A DNA stretch of 64,000 nt from Thermoplasmata archaeon (GCA_041489255.1 JBGPQV010000004.1:1-64000); one strand, 5' to 3'. Shown: positions 36,751 through 47,593, counted from the first letter of the stretch. Notes: a model not told the origin generated them from the letters alone. Made by a program: numbers and translations.

Positions 36751-39700
36751 ATGCCATCGAAAGCATTGCTTGCTTTGTGCTTCGCATCGATATTGACCGT
36801 GTCGGCCGTCGCGCCGATGTTTTCCGTCAGGAATCCCTTTGGATCGGGCGGGCTGTCGGCTATCGGACCGCTCGCGCCTGCGACCAGGGGCTTCCCGGAC
36901 AAGGACCCAGACAGCGGCAAGTTCCTCGGCCAGGCGGGAATCGGTCTCTCGACCTTGGCGGGGCAGACCAACAAACTGTACCTGGGGATACCGGCCGGAC
37001 GCGCGAGTTTCACGCTCAGCGTCTTCGATGGAGACGGAGACAACCATTGGGACCAACCGCAGCCTCCGGTCGACAGGCTTGACTACAAACTCTACAAGGA
37101 CCCCATGAAGACAGGCGCGAGTGTTCTTCTGGACTCATGGACTGACACAAGCCTTCTGGACGATGACTGGTCTGCACGCACGTACGCCACGAGCAACGAC
37201 TCGAGAGCTCCCAGTGGCAACTACTTCTACAGGATCGAGGTGAACTGGCATAGCCCCGGGAGCGCGAATGACATGGCCGGATTCAAGCTCAAGGTCGACG
37301 GCCAAATAAGCGTGGTCGGCAACCAGGCATTCTGCGTGCAGGGTGCGCCAATGAGCGGCAACGACCCGCCCCTCGGCAGCGGCGACCCGAACCCCGGAGA
37401 TCAGAACGACCCCAACGCGAACTCCTACGATGGGGACTGGTTCTTCTACTTCTATGTCCCTGCGAAGGTCGACACGATGAAGTTCAAGGACGGTGACCTG
37501 GACAGGGCGGACGATACGGACGACCCCAATACGCCGAACACGGACCCTGACGGACCCGGTCCGGCGGTTCCCGAAGGGGTCAATCATGGAATGCCCGCGG
37601 ACGACGGCGGCGGGGGGCCCAACACGGTTCCTCCAAGCATCATGTACAGGGTCACAGATCCTCAGAACAACGTCTACGCGAACAACAATCCATCGGGCAC
37701 CGAGGAGTGGGAGAACTTCATCATCTCCGACTTGGCCTCGGAGAACCCCGACTATCTGACATCCAAGATGCTCCAGCCCGGATTATGGAAGATGGAAATG
37801 AGGGGTCTGGACGCGCACAACCTGGCGTGCTTGAGCGCGCCCTACGAGGTCTTCCCGACGGACGAGCCGCCGCTCCCCCTCTATCCGCCGCCAATCGTGG
37901 AACCGGACGGGACCGCGACGGTCCATGTCCCGCCAGCCCAGACCGTGGGCTTCGGTCATAACGTGACGAACATGGGTGCCGCGCAGGTTTTCGACCTGGC
38001 GGCGGTGTCCGCGCATGGTTGGACGACACGCGTCTATCACGATCTCAACGGCGACGGGAACCTTGACCCCGGCGAGCCCCTGGTCAACAACACTGGGACG
38101 CTCGCGCAGAATGCGACGTACAAGATAATCGTCCAGGTGGATGTGCCGGTGCTTCTCACCGACACCGTCGATGTGACGACCGTCCGCGCATCGAGCCAGT
38201 TGGAGTGGGCGGTCCAGGGCACGGCTCACGACACCATCACGGTGATCACGAACCGCCCGCCAGTCGCGGATGCACGCGGCCCGTACATCGGATATGAGAA
38301 TGTCCCGATGATCCTGGATGGCGGCGGTTCCTACGACCCTGACAACGACAGCCTCCAATATAGATGGGACTACGAGAATGACGGGATTTGGGACACCGCA
38401 TGGGACGCGAGCCCGACAATCAGGCACACGTGGGGCGATGACTGGAAGGGCAGCATCGCGCTCGAGGTATCCGACGGTCAACTCACTGACAAGGCAACTG
38501 CGGATGTCGCTGTCTTGAACATGCTTCCCTCCGGGACTGCGGCGATAACCTCTTCGCAGAATGAAGGTTCCCCGATCACGTTCTCCGCTCACATCACTGA
38601 CCCAGGCAGCGACGACCTGTTCTTGACATGGTCGTGGGGCGATGGGACTCCAAATGAATTCTCGACCTATTACAACAATGGCGTCGGTCCAGACCCGTAC
38701 CCGAGCTACGACATCCACCCGAGGGACATAATCGACGTGAAGAGTCACACCTATGGAGACAACGGCGGTTTCGAAGTCACCGTCAACGTTCGCGACGATG
38801 ATTGTACGAACTGCACGGTCACGTTGAAAATCACCGCCACGCCGGCGAATCTACCGCCAGCAGTCGACGTGTCCGGCGGCATGAGCATCGACGAGGGGCA
38901 GTCCATCGCGCTCACCGCCGCCGCCAAGGACCCCGGCAGCGACGACCTGACATTCACTTGGCTCTGGGGAGAGGGATCCTCCGAGTCGCGGACGTACTTC
39001 AACAACGGCGTGAGCCCAGACCCGCCACAGAGCCCCGGCGGGACCTTCCCGTTCACGGCCACGGACAGCGCCACCCATCCCTATGGTGACAACGGTCTGT
39101 TCAGCCTGGCTCTCACCGTCGCCGATGACGATGGCGGCTCCGTGACATGGATCGGCCAATTGGCGGTGATGAACCTCCCGCCAGCGATCCAGCCATTCGG
39201 CCCGTACACTTCGAACGAAGGGAGCGCGTTCTCCGCCTCGGCCAGCGTGTCGGACCCTGGCAGCGACGACCTGACATTCTCATGGTCCTTCGAACTCGGA
39301 TCTAGCGTGTCGGTTACCTATTACAACGATGGCGTTGGCCCTGACCCGTATCCGAGCCCCGGCCCCGTGTACCCGTTTGCAGCTTCAGACACGGAGGCAC
39401 AAACCTATGGTGATGACGGATACTACGCCATCACACTGACGGTGACGGACGACGATGGCGGCGCATCATCGTATTCGACCTCGGTGACTGTGGCGAACTT
39501 GCCTCCGTCGATCACGCCATTTGGACCCTTCACGGTGAATGAGGGCAGTCCGTTCAACGTCTCCACTACAGCGACCGATCAGGGCAGCGACGACCTGGAA
39601 TTCTCGTGGTCGTTCGAGCTCGGCCCGACGATACAGAACATGCACTACAACGATGGCGCGAACCCGGACCCCGCGAAGAGCCCGTGGGGCGCCTTCCCCT

Positions 39701-41790
39701 TCTACGCGACGGACACCGCGGCCAATACCTACGGGGACAATGCGGTCTACGTCCTGACGTTGACAGTCAATGACGACGATGGCGGCTCAGCCTCCTACAC
39801 GACCCAGGTGACCGTGCTCAATGTCCCGCCATCGATTACGCCTTTCGGTCCATTCAGCATGGATGAGGGAAGCCCGTCGAGCCCGAATGCGACGGCCACC
39901 GACCCGGGCAGTGATGACCTGCTGTTCACCTGGACGTTCGAGCTTGGGCCGACTGTCCAGAACCTGCACTACAACGACGGCACCGCGCCCGACCCGACGA
40001 AGAGCCCGCGGGGCACCTTCCCGTTCACTGTGACCGATCCCGTCTCGCACACGTATGGGGACAACGGCGTCTACGCTGTGTCCTTGACCGTCAAGGACGA
40101 TGACGGAGGCGAGGCGACGTACTCCACGACGGTCACGGTCATCAACCTCCCGCCGGAGATAGAGCCCTTCGGCCCGTACTTCGTCGATGAGGGGCAGCTT
40201 CTGACCGTCTCCGCGACCGCAACTGATCAGGGCAGCGACGACCTCACCTTCTCTTGGTCGTTCGAACTCGGTCCGAGCCCGCAGACCACCTACTTCAACA
40301 ACGGAGTCTCTCCGGATCCAGCGAAGAGCCCGAACGGGACATTCCCGTTCACCGCGACCGACTCGCCTTCGCACACCTATGGCGACAACGCGGTCTACAT
40401 GCTCACGCTCACGGTGACGGACGACGACGGCGGTTCCGCGACATACTCGACACAGATCATTGTCACGAACCTGCCGCCGAGCGTAAGCGGCTTCGGGTCC
40501 TATCAGGTCGACGAGGGCAGCCTGCTGAGTGCGGGCACCAGCGCCGCAGACCCGGGAAGCGACGACCTCGCGTTCACATGGTCCTGGGAACTCGGACCGA
40601 CGTCTCAGAGCATCTACTACAACGATGGGACGGCGCCGGACCCCGCCAAGAGCCCATGGGGAACGTTCCCATTCTCCGCGAACGACACCTCGAGTAACAC
40701 CTACGGGGACAATGGCGTATATGCACTCTACCTCGTGGTCGAGGACGACGATGGCGGTGTGACCGACTATCTCACGAACGTCACGGTCGACAACGTGCCG
40801 CCGACAATCGAGCCATTTAGGCCTTTCGAGGTGAACGAGGGTTCTCCATTGACCGTGCAAACCACCGCACTTGACCCAGGCAGCGATGACCTGACATTCA
40901 CCTGGGTCTTCGAATACGGACCCACCTTCCAACGCATCTTCTACAACGACGGCTCTGGCCCAGACCCGGACAAGAGCCCGTGGGGGACATTCCCGTTCTC
41001 GGTGCAGGACGAAGTGACATGGACATATGGCGACAACGGCGTCTTCAAGGTCACTCTAATGGTCGAGGACGACGATGGCGGAGCCGCGGCGTACGAGACC
41101 TTCGTCACGGTACGCAATGTCGCTCCGACGATCGATGAGGTGCAGGCGTATGTCATCGCAAACATCACCCTGCGAGTCGCGGGAGAGAAGTGGCACGATG
41201 TCTGCATGAACCTCGTGCACAACGGGAACGTGGAGAGCAAGGCGTGCGTCGTGCGGTATCCCGGTTCACCAGATGACCAGTCTGTGACAATCGTGGGTAG
41301 GATCGAGCTCATCGACGACTTCAAAATCGTGCTGTACTACACGCCGGACGACGACCCGATCAACGGGCAGCCGAACGGGGCGAACCCCGCCTGGGTCACC
41401 ATCAGGTTCCCCGGCGGGGACGAGGTGAGGCTGCATCACACGTTCAACGTGCGCCACCCGGACACCTGGATATGGACGCTGGACGACATCCGTCCCTATC
41501 TGGTAGGGCAGGAGATCACGTTCAACGCGACTGCCTCTGATGTGGGCAGCGACGACCTGACATTCTCATGGACGTGGGACGATGGCACGCCAGACGCATT
41601 GGCGACGTACTTCAACGACGGAATCGGACCTGACCCGTATCCCTCGCCGAACGGGACGTTCCCGTTCACGGCGACCGACGTGGCAAAGCACACCTTCGAC
41701 TCTGCCAGAACCTACACGATCACGTTGACGGTCAACGATGACGATGGCGGTGTGACGACCTACTCATTCGACATCGCGATTGGCGGTTGA
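36751..41790 (+). CDS. Secreted PKD-repeat surface protein, longer paralog (9 GSDDL-type repeats)
   Basis: Collinear with 29449-32874. GSDDL codons recur every 324 bp at 38935, 39259, 39583, 39907, 40231, 40555 and 40879. Confidence 0.87.
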   Translation: MPSKALLALCFASILTVSAVAPMFSVRNPFGSGGLSAIGPLAPATRGFPDKDPDSGKFLGQAGIGLSTLAGQTNKLYLGIPAGRASFTLSVFDGDGDNHWDQPQPPVDRLDYKLYKDPMKTGASVLLDSWTDTSLLDDDWSARTYATSNDSRAPSGNYFYRIEVNWHSPGSANDMAGFKLKVDGQISVVGNQAFCVQGAPMSGNDPPLGSGDPNPGDQNDPNANSYDGDWFFYFYVPAKVDTMKFKDGDLDRADDTDDPNTPNTDPDGPGPAVPEGVNHGMPADDGGGGPNTVPPSIMYRVTDPQNNVYANNNPSGTEEWENFIISDLASENPDYLTSKMLQPGLWKMEMRGLDAHNLACLSAPYEVFPTDEPPLPLYPPPIVEPDGTATVHVPPAQTVGFGHNVTNMGAAQVFDLAAVSAHGWTTRVYHDLNGDGNLDPGEPLVNNTGTLAQNATYKIIVQVDVPVLLTDTVDVTTVRASSQLEWAVQGTAHDTITVITNRPPVADARGPYIGYENVPMILDGGGSYDPDNDSLQYRWDYENDGIWDTAWDASPTIRHTWGDDWKGSIALEVSDGQLTDKATADVAVLNMLPSGTAAITSSQNEGSPITFSAHITDPGSDDLFLTWSWGDGTPNEFSTYYNNGVGPDPYPSYDIHPRDIIDVKSHTYGDNGGFEVTVNVRDDDCTNCTVTLKITATPANLPPAVDVSGGMSIDEGQSIALTAAAKDPGSDDLTFTWLWGEGSSESRTYFNNGVSPDPPQSPGGTFPFTATDSATHPYGDNGLFSLALTVADDDGGSVTWIGQLAVMNLPPAIQPFGPYTSNEGSAFSASASVSDPGSDDLTFSWSFELGSSVSVTYYNDGVGPDPYPSPGPVYPFAASDTEAQTYGDDGYYAITLTVTDDDGGASSYSTSVTVANLPPSITPFGPFTVNEGSPFNVSTTATDQGSDDLEFSWSFELGPTIQNMHYNDGANPDPAKSPWGAFPFYATDTAANTYGDNAVYVLTLTVNDDDGGSASYTTQVTVLNVPPSITPFGPFSMDEGSPSSPNATATDPGSDDLLFTWTFELGPTVQNLHYNDGTAPDPTKSPRGTFPFTVTDPVSHTYGDNGVYAVSLTVKDDDGGEATYSTTVTVINLPPEIEPFGPYFVDEGQLLTVSATATDQGSDDLTFSWSFELGPSPQTTYFNNGVSPDPAKSPNGTFPFTATDSPSHTYGDNAVYMLTLTVTDDDGGSATYSTQIIVTNLPPSVSGFGSYQVDEGSLLSAGTSAADPGSDDLAFTWSWELGPTSQSIYYNDGTAPDPAKSPWGTFPFSANDTSSNTYGDNGVYALYLVVEDDDGGVTDYLTNVTVDNVPPTIEPFRPFEVNEGSPLTVQTTALDPGSDDLTFTWVFEYGPTFQRIFYNDGSGPDPDKSPWGTFPFSVQDEVTWTYGDNGVFKVTLMVEDDDGGAAAYETFVTVRNVAPTIDEVQAYVIANITLRVAGEKWHDVCMNLVHNGNVESKACVVRYPGSPDDQSVTIVGRIELIDDFKIVLYYTPDDDPINGQPNGANPAWVTIRFPGGDEVRLHHTFNVRHPDTWIWTLDDIRPYLVGQEITFNATASDVGSDDLTFSWTWDDGTPDALATYFNDGIGPDPYPSPNGTFPFTATDVAKHTFDSARTYTITLTVNDDDGGVTTYSFDIAIGG

Positions 41791-41816
41791 AGGTTCGAAA
41801 GCCCCGATGCATGCGA

Positions 41817-42647
41817 CTAGAACTTGCGTTCGACGTACTCCAGCACGGACTCGAACAGCAATCTGCCGTCTCCGGGCCCCTCGGGCGACGAGCGCGTCCA
41901 ATCCGGGTGCAAATACTTGAAGAAGGATCTCTCAGGATGAGGCTGTATCCCGAGCACGTTGCCCTCGCGGTTGCACAGCGCGGCGATGTTGTATAGAGAG
42001 CCGTTCGGGTTCCACGGGTAGGCTCCGTACTTGCCCTGGTCGTCCACGTACCTGAAGACGATTTGGTCGTTGTCCCTCAGCTCCCTGAGCATGAACTTCT
42101 CCCTGTCCTTGGGCAGCAGGAACTTGCCTTCAGTGTGGGCTGACGGCATGAGGAGGACCTGGCCCTTCTTCACCTTGGTCGTGAAGGCGCAGGAGCCGGC
42201 ATTCTCATGCTTGAGCAGCGTCGGGCGGCACTCGTATCTCGCTGAATCATTCGTCGCCAATGCGGCCTCGGGCTCCGTGGTCAGAATCCCTGCGATTCCG
42301 GGCAGCATACCGAGCTCGACCAGGACCTGGAACCCGTTGCAGACGCCGAACAGCGCCCGCCCTTCCTTCACAAAGTTCGCGAGCTGCATCGCCAGCCTGC
42401 TCTTCATCCGAGCCGCCATGATCGCTCCCGCCCGGACGTAGTCACCCGCGGAGAACCCGCCGGGCAGCATCACAATGTGATAGTCCATTAGATCCCGCTT
42501 CAGTTCCTCAGGCGCGTCGCCCGTGAGCTGCTTCAGGTGCACCATCTCCGCGTTCGCCCCGAGCACCTGGAAGTAGCGACAGGATTCCAACTCGCAGTTC
42601 GTACCCTCCATGAGCACGACGCCGACGCGGACATCAGCGCGCTTCAT
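41817..42647 (-). CDS. purQ: FGAM synthase glutaminase subunit
   Basis: Motifs EGTNCE, PGGFSAGDY, GVCNGFQVLVE, NPNGS and QPHPER. The start overlaps the purL stop. Confidence 0.95.
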   Translation of the reverse strand: MKRADVRVGVVLMEGTNCELESCRYFQVLGANAEMVHLKQLTGDAPEELKRDLMDYHIVMLPGGFSAGDYVRAGAIMAARMKSRLAMQLANFVKEGRALFGVCNGFQVLVELGMLPGIAGILTTEPEAALATNDSARYECRPTLLKHENAGSCAFTTKVKKGQVLLMPSAHTEGKFLLPKDREKFMLRELRDNDQIVFRYVDDQGKYGAYPWNPNGSLYNIAALCNREGNVLGIQPHPERSFFKYLHPDWTRSSPEGPGDGRLLFESVLEYVERKF

Positions 42648-44995
42648 CTCATCCCTCCAAGCTGGTCGTAGAGGGGCGCGGTCCACTCCTCTCTCATCTT
42701 CTGCACGGGGACCTTGAACCTCTTCTTCTCTCCGACGACGCTCAGCTCGGTCCCGCCAACGCTCCCGATGTGCGTGACGGAGATCCCTTGCAGATGACCG
42801 AGGAACCTCTCCTCCCTTTCCCTCCTGACCTCCACGAGCCACCTGCCGTTCGACTCCGAGAAGAGCTGGAAATCGAGCCTCATCGAGTCCATGTCCTTGA
42901 GGTCCAACCGCGCGCCGATGTCCCCGCCCATGCACATCTCTGCCGCCGCGACGCCTAGTCCGCCTCCGGAGAGGTCGTGACAGGCGGCGAGGCATCCGTC
43001 GCCGATTGCGGCCAAGAGGCCGTCAGCCGACGCCTTCAGCAGGGTCGTGTTGATGTCTGGCGCCTCAGGGCTCGAAGCGCCCATTAACCGATAGTACTCC
43101 GATCCCCCGAGTTCGGGCCGCGTCTCTCCGACAATGTAAAGCATGTCCCCCTCGGTCTTGAGGTCGGTCGTGACGCACTTCCTGAAGTCCTCCACGATCC
43201 CGACGCCGAGAACGACCGGCGTGGGTGGGACCATGCCGAGGGCGCTCTCGTTGTAGAAGGAGACGTTGCCCGATGGTATCGCGATCCCCATGGCCTGGGC
43301 AACAAGCCCGATGCCCCTCACCGTCTCCCGGAAATATCCGAGCCTGTCCGGCTTCTCCGGATTCCCGAAGTTGAGGCAGTCCGTGAGGCTGTGCGGTCTG
43401 GCCCCAACCGCAACGAGGTTCCTCACCATCTCGTCTACCGCCGAGGCCCCTCCCCTGAACGGGTTGATGGCGGTAAAGAAAGGAGTGGACGCGGTCGTTA
43501 TCGCCAGGGCCCTGTAGGAGTCGATCAGCGGCCTGATGACGGCGGCGTCGCCGTGACTGGATTTGCCTATCTTCCCCTGCATCGGCTTGATCACCGTCGC
43601 GGCCCTCACTTCGTGGTCGTACTGCCGGATGACCAGCTCCTTGTCTGCGATATCCAAGGAGGCCAGGAGCCTCAGGAGCGTTTCAGGATAGTTCGTTGGC
43701 TCAATCGGCGGGGATTCCTCAGGTTTGATCCTCGGCACGTCGTTCTGATACGGTCGAGAATATTCCGGACCGCCGGTGTAGAAGTCGAGGTCCATTTCCA
43801 GAATTGTGACGCCCTGATACTTGACGCGCGCGATTTTGTCGTCCGTCGCCCTGCCGATCACGGTCGCCATCACGTCGTACAGGTCGAATATCGCGAGGAC
43901 CTTCTGCACGTTGTCCGGATGGACGGCGAGCATCATCCTCTCCTGAGACTCGCTCACCCAGATCTCCCACGGAGCCAGTTTCGCAGCCTTCAGCGGCACC
44001 TTGTCGAGGTCGACCTCCGCGCCGCAGCCCCCATTCAGTGCTATCTCCCCGACGACGCAGCTCAGCCCGCCGCCGCCAAGGTCCTTCAGGCCGCTGAGCA
44101 GCCCCTTCTCTGCCGCGTCCATGCACGCGTGTATGAGCGGCTCTTTCGTGATTGGGTCACCGAGTTGCACCGCGCCGCCATGCCATTCCTCGACCGCTTT
44201 TTCCGTAAGATCCACCGACGCGAAAGTCACTCCATGTATCCCGTCGCGCCCGGTCTTCCCGCCAACGAGTATGAGGACATCCTCCGAGGATTTGACCCTG
44301 TTCTTGAGCAACTTCGATCTCTTTGCGAACCCGACGCACCCGACGTTGACGATGATGTTGCCAACATAACCTTCGTCGAAGATGACGCACCCCGAGACGG
44401 TCGGCAGCCCGACTCTGTTACCATAATCCCTGATTCCCGCCACGACGCCGTTGAAAAGGTACTTGGGGTGTTTCAAACCGCGCGGCAGCTTCTCGTAGGC
44501 GAAAGATGGCTGTCCGAAGTGGAGCGGGTCAGTGAGAGCGATCGGCTGCGCGCCCATGGCCAGGACATCTCGGATGATGCCGCCGATCCCGGTTGCGGCG
44601 CCTCCGTAAGGCTCGATGGCGCTCGGATGATTGTGCGACTCGATCCTGATTGCATATGCGTGATCGTCATCGAAGGCCATTACTCCCGCATCTCCGCGGT
44701 CTATGACGTCCGCAGTCTGCACCGGGAAGATGAACTCCTTGAGGAAGACCTTGGAGGACTTGTAGCAGCAGTGCTCCGACCAGGCCTGCCCGAGTGCCTG
44801 CACCTCGACATCGGTGGGGTTCCTGCCCTTCGCCCTGAAATAATCGCGGATGCGGTGCATCTCGTCGACGCTGAGCGCGAGGCCGAGGTCCTGCGACATC
44901 GCCTCCAGTTCCTTGTCGTTTGCACCGAGCACGTCGATGTTATATAAATCGAAGGGGACATCTCTCTTGAGGTATCTGTCTTGTATCTTCCCCAC
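42644..44995 (-). CDS. purL: FGAM synthase subunit PurL
   Basis: Motifs WSEHCCYKSS, ESHNHPSAIEPYGGAATG, SESQERM and DCLNFGNPEK. Confidence 0.97.
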   Translation of the reverse strand: MGKIQDRYLKRDVPFDLYNIDVLGANDKELEAMSQDLGLALSVDEMHRIRDYFRAKGRNPTDVEVQALGQAWSEHCCYKSSKVFLKEFIFPVQTADVIDRGDAGVMAFDDDHAYAIRIESHNHPSAIEPYGGAATGIGGIIRDVLAMGAQPIALTDPLHFGQPSFAYEKLPRGLKHPKYLFNGVVAGIRDYGNRVGLPTVSGCVIFDEGYVGNIIVNVGCVGFAKRSKLLKNRVKSSEDVLILVGGKTGRDGIHGVTFASVDLTEKAVEEWHGGAVQLGDPITKEPLIHACMDAAEKGLLSGLKDLGGGGLSCVVGEIALNGGCGAEVDLDKVPLKAAKLAPWEIWVSESQERMMLAVHPDNVQKVLAIFDLYDVMATVIGRATDDKIARVKYQGVTILEMDLDFYTGGPEYSRPYQNDVPRIKPEESPPIEPTNYPETLLRLLASLDIADKELVIRQYDHEVRAATVIKPMQGKIGKSSHGDAAVIRPLIDSYRALAITTASTPFFTAINPFRGGASAVDEMVRNLVAVGARPHSLTDCLNFGNPEKPDRLGYFRETVRGIGLVAQAMGIAIPSGNVSFYNESALGMVPPTPVVLGVGIVEDFRKCVTTDLKTEGDMLYIVGETRPELGGSEYYRLMGASSPEAPDINTTLLKASADGLLAAIGDGCLAACHDLSGGGLGVAAAEMCMGGDIGARLDLKDMDSMRLDFQLFSESNGRWLVEVRREREERFLGHLQGISVTHIGSVGGTELSVVGEKKRFKVPVQKMREEWTAPLYDQLGGMR

Positions 44996-45179
44996 CCCAC
45001 CGGAGTGATTGCGCGCTCGTAGATATAGGTTCGCGGGATTCGGTACCAGATGTCTTGGTGGAAATCCTTGCAGTGATTCGCGTCGTTTCCGTACCCTTAA
45101 ATACGATTTCTGATAATAGCTTCCAAAGACTGGGTGGGCGAGAACCGGACGTTTCGAAAGTTCTCACCGAGGTGACGAA

Positions 45180-46217
45180 GTGCCCAAGGACAAAGACAAG
45201 GACGTATGGATAGTCAGATGCCCCAAATGCGGGCGTGTCACCAGAGGGTGCAAGCACGTCACGCCAGAAGACCTGGCGAGGATCAAGAGGCTGCTCAGCG
45301 CGGGAGTCGAGGTCTTCGAGTCTGAAGCGGAATACAGGGAATGGGAGGCCGGGGCGGAGTTCGGCGAGGTCCCGAGGACGCACCTGTACACGATGCTGGA
45401 GCCGAGGGCGACGCTCGGCGATGTCGTCCTTTCGCCGTCCACGTTGGAATCTATTGGAGACGCCCTCGTCGAATTGAAACACAAGAGGTTGATTTTCAAG
45501 AAGTGGGGACTGGCGGAAGTGGTCCGCAAGAACAAGGGCGTGTCCATGCTTTTCGTCGGTCAGCCCGGGACAGGGAAGACGCTGACGGCAGAGGCGATAG
45601 CCCGCGAGCTACGCAGGCCCCTGATGATTGTGAACTACGCCCACCTGGAGAACATGTGGGTTGGCGAGACGGAGAAGAACGTCGAAGCGGTCTTCAAGGC
45701 CGCGGAGGAGGCCGGGGCGGTCCTGTTATTCGACGAGGCTGACGCCGTCTTCCACCGCCGCGGTCACAGCGCGATGCCGTGGACCAACAGGGACGTCAAC
45801 GTCCTGCTGAAGCGCCTCGAGGACTTCCCCGGCGTCGTGATACTTTCCTCGAACCTCTCGAAGGTCATGGACAAGGCGCTCGACAGGCGCATCGACATCG
45901 CGGTGGAGTTCGAGATGCCGAATGCAGAGCTACGGGAGCGGATATTCAAGAAGCTCGTCCCGAAGAAAGCGCCGCTTGCCGATGATGTCGACTTCGCCGA
46001 GCTGGCGCGCAAGTTCGAGCTCTCCGGCGGGGGCATACTGAACGTCGTGAGGCAGGCCATGAGGATGGCCGCGCGGGCGAAGAGGAACAGGCGCATCACG
46101 ATGGCGCACTTCGTGAAGGCGGCGGAACGCGAGGCGCAGAAGGGGATATTGATGAGCAAGGATTACCTCGGGCCGGCGAGGCAGGCGCAGAGAGAAAGGA
46201 TCGGCGGATACGCCTGA
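45180..46217 (+). CDS. AAA+ ATPase with a small Cys/His N-terminal domain
   Basis: Motifs GQPGTGKT, LLFDEADAVF, SSN and ALDRRID. The N-terminus contains CPKC..C.H. Confidence 0.85.
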   Translation: MPKDKDKDVWIVRCPKCGRVTRGCKHVTPEDLARIKRLLSAGVEVFESEAEYREWEAGAEFGEVPRTHLYTMLEPRATLGDVVLSPSTLESIGDALVELKHKRLIFKKWGLAEVVRKNKGVSMLFVGQPGTGKTLTAEAIARELRRPLMIVNYAHLENMWVGETEKNVEAVFKAAEEAGAVLLFDEADAVFHRRGHSAMPWTNRDVNVLLKRLEDFPGVVILSSNLSKVMDKALDRRIDIAVEFEMPNAELRERIFKKLVPKKAPLADDVDFAELARKFELSGGGILNVVRQAMRMAARAKRNRRITMAHFVKAAEREAQKGILMSKDYLGPARQAQRERIGGYA

Positions 46218-46229
46218 TTCTCCATCAGT

Positions 46230-46475
46230 CTAGGGAACCAGCTCGATTCTGTAGTCCTGGATGACCGGGTTTGCGAGGAGCCTTCTGCACATCTCCTCGA
46301 CCTGCTCCTTCACCATCTCGCGGTTCTCCCCCTCGAGCTCGATTTCGAACAGCTTGGCCGAGTGCACCGCCGAGAGACCCTTGAAGCCGAGAAGGTTGAG
46401 CGCCTTGAGCGTATTATCCCCCTCCGGATCGGCGACGCCCTTCTTCAGCCTGATTTGAACCTGGACTTTCACCAT
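46230..46475 (-). CDS. purS: FGAM synthase subunit PurS
   Basis: LKKGVADPEG...MCRRLLANPVIQDY. Confidence 0.95.
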   Translation of the reverse strand: MVKVQVQIRLKKGVADPEGDNTLKALNLLGFKGLSAVHSAKLFEIELEGENREMVKEQVEEMCRRLLANPVIQDYRIELVP

Positions 46476-46657
46476 CGACGCCCCCGGCGGGTGAAAGTGC
46501 ATGCATACTTAAGGGATTTGACAGACGGGAGGGATAATGGCGCGTGCGGAGAGACGCGGGGCTTGCCATCGCCTTCGTGAAGCGCCCGCCCCACAGCCGC
46601 CCGTCGAGAATCGCCAAGATTTATTTATCGATCCCGCTTTCCGGCCGCGAGGATTCC

Positions 46658-47593
46658 ATGGCTGAGGTTGTACTCGATGCCAAGGGGCTGACGAAGACTT
46701 ACGGCGACATGAACGCGGTCGACAACCTTGACCTCCAGGTGTTCAAGGGAGAGGTCTACGCTATGCTCGGGCCGAACGGCGCGGGGAAGACCACCACCGT
46801 CGAGATACTGGAGGGTCTTCGCAACCCCACGTCGGGGACGGCCAAGGTTTTCGGCTTCGATGTCCAGAAGGACTACGATAAGGTCAGGTCCAGGGTCGGC
46901 GTGCTCCCTCAGACGTTCGAACCTTGGGACAGGATCAAACCGCCGGAGGCGATCGAGTACTGGGCGGGGCTGTTCGGGCGCAAGATGAGCAAGAAAGAGA
47001 TCCGCGGGCTGCTGGAGATGGTCGACCTCGCGCACAAGGACGAAGTTTGGGGCGAGCGCCTTTCTGGCGGTGAGAAGAGGCGGCTGGGCATCGCGATGGC
47101 GCTCGTCGGTGAGCCCGAGCTGATATTCCTCGACGAACCGACCACCGGTCTCGACCCTCAAGCGAGGAGAGGGCTGTGGGAAATCATCCACGCCCTTGGC
47201 GATGCGGGCAAGACGGTTTTCCTCACGACCCACTACTTGGAGGAGGCGGAGAACCTCGCGGACCGCGTCTCGATCATGAACAAGGGCAAGATCGTCGTCT
47301 CCGGGTCCCCCGAGGAGCTTGTCAACCTCTATGGCGGCGGGACACATGTCGTGCTTAAGGGCGCGGGCGAAGAGGGAGTTGCAGACTTGGAGAAGCTCGG
47401 CTACAAGAGCACATTCCACAACAGGGACGTGACTGTGCATGTGCCGGCGCTTATGAGGACAAAGGACTTCATGGCCCAGATAAACCAGAGCGGGATCGCC
47501 TACAAGGATTTCGAGACGAGGCGACCGAGCCTGGAGGACGTGTTCTTCAACATGGTCGGCGGCCGCATGGAAGAGGGGGTGCTCAAGCAATGA
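46658..47593 (+). CDS. ABC-2 type exporter ATP-binding subunit
   Basis: Motifs GPNGAGKTT, LSGGEKRR, FLDEPTTGLDP and TTHYLEEAE. Confidence 0.95.
   Translation: MAEVVLDAKGLTKTYGDMNAVDNLDLQVFKGEVYAMLGPNGAGKTTTVEILEGLRNPTSGTAKVFGFDVQKDYDKVRSRVGVLPQTFEPWDRIKPPEAIEYWAGLFGRKMSKKEIRGLLEMVDLAHKDEVWGERLSGGEKRRLGIAMALVGEPELIFLDEPTTGLDPQARRGLWEIIHALGDAGKTVFLTTHYLEEAENLADRVSIMNKGKIVVSGSPEELVNLYGGGTHVVLKGAGEEGVADLEKLGYKSTFHNRDVTVHVPALMRTKDFMAQINQSGIAYKDFETRRPSLEDVFFNMVGGRMEEGVLKQ

Noticed and set aside
43391-44947. Long antisense ORFs (also 6660-8177, 19620-20558, 39787-40932 and many others)
   Set aside because: They are shadows of well-supported genes in GC-rich DNA and carry no motifs.
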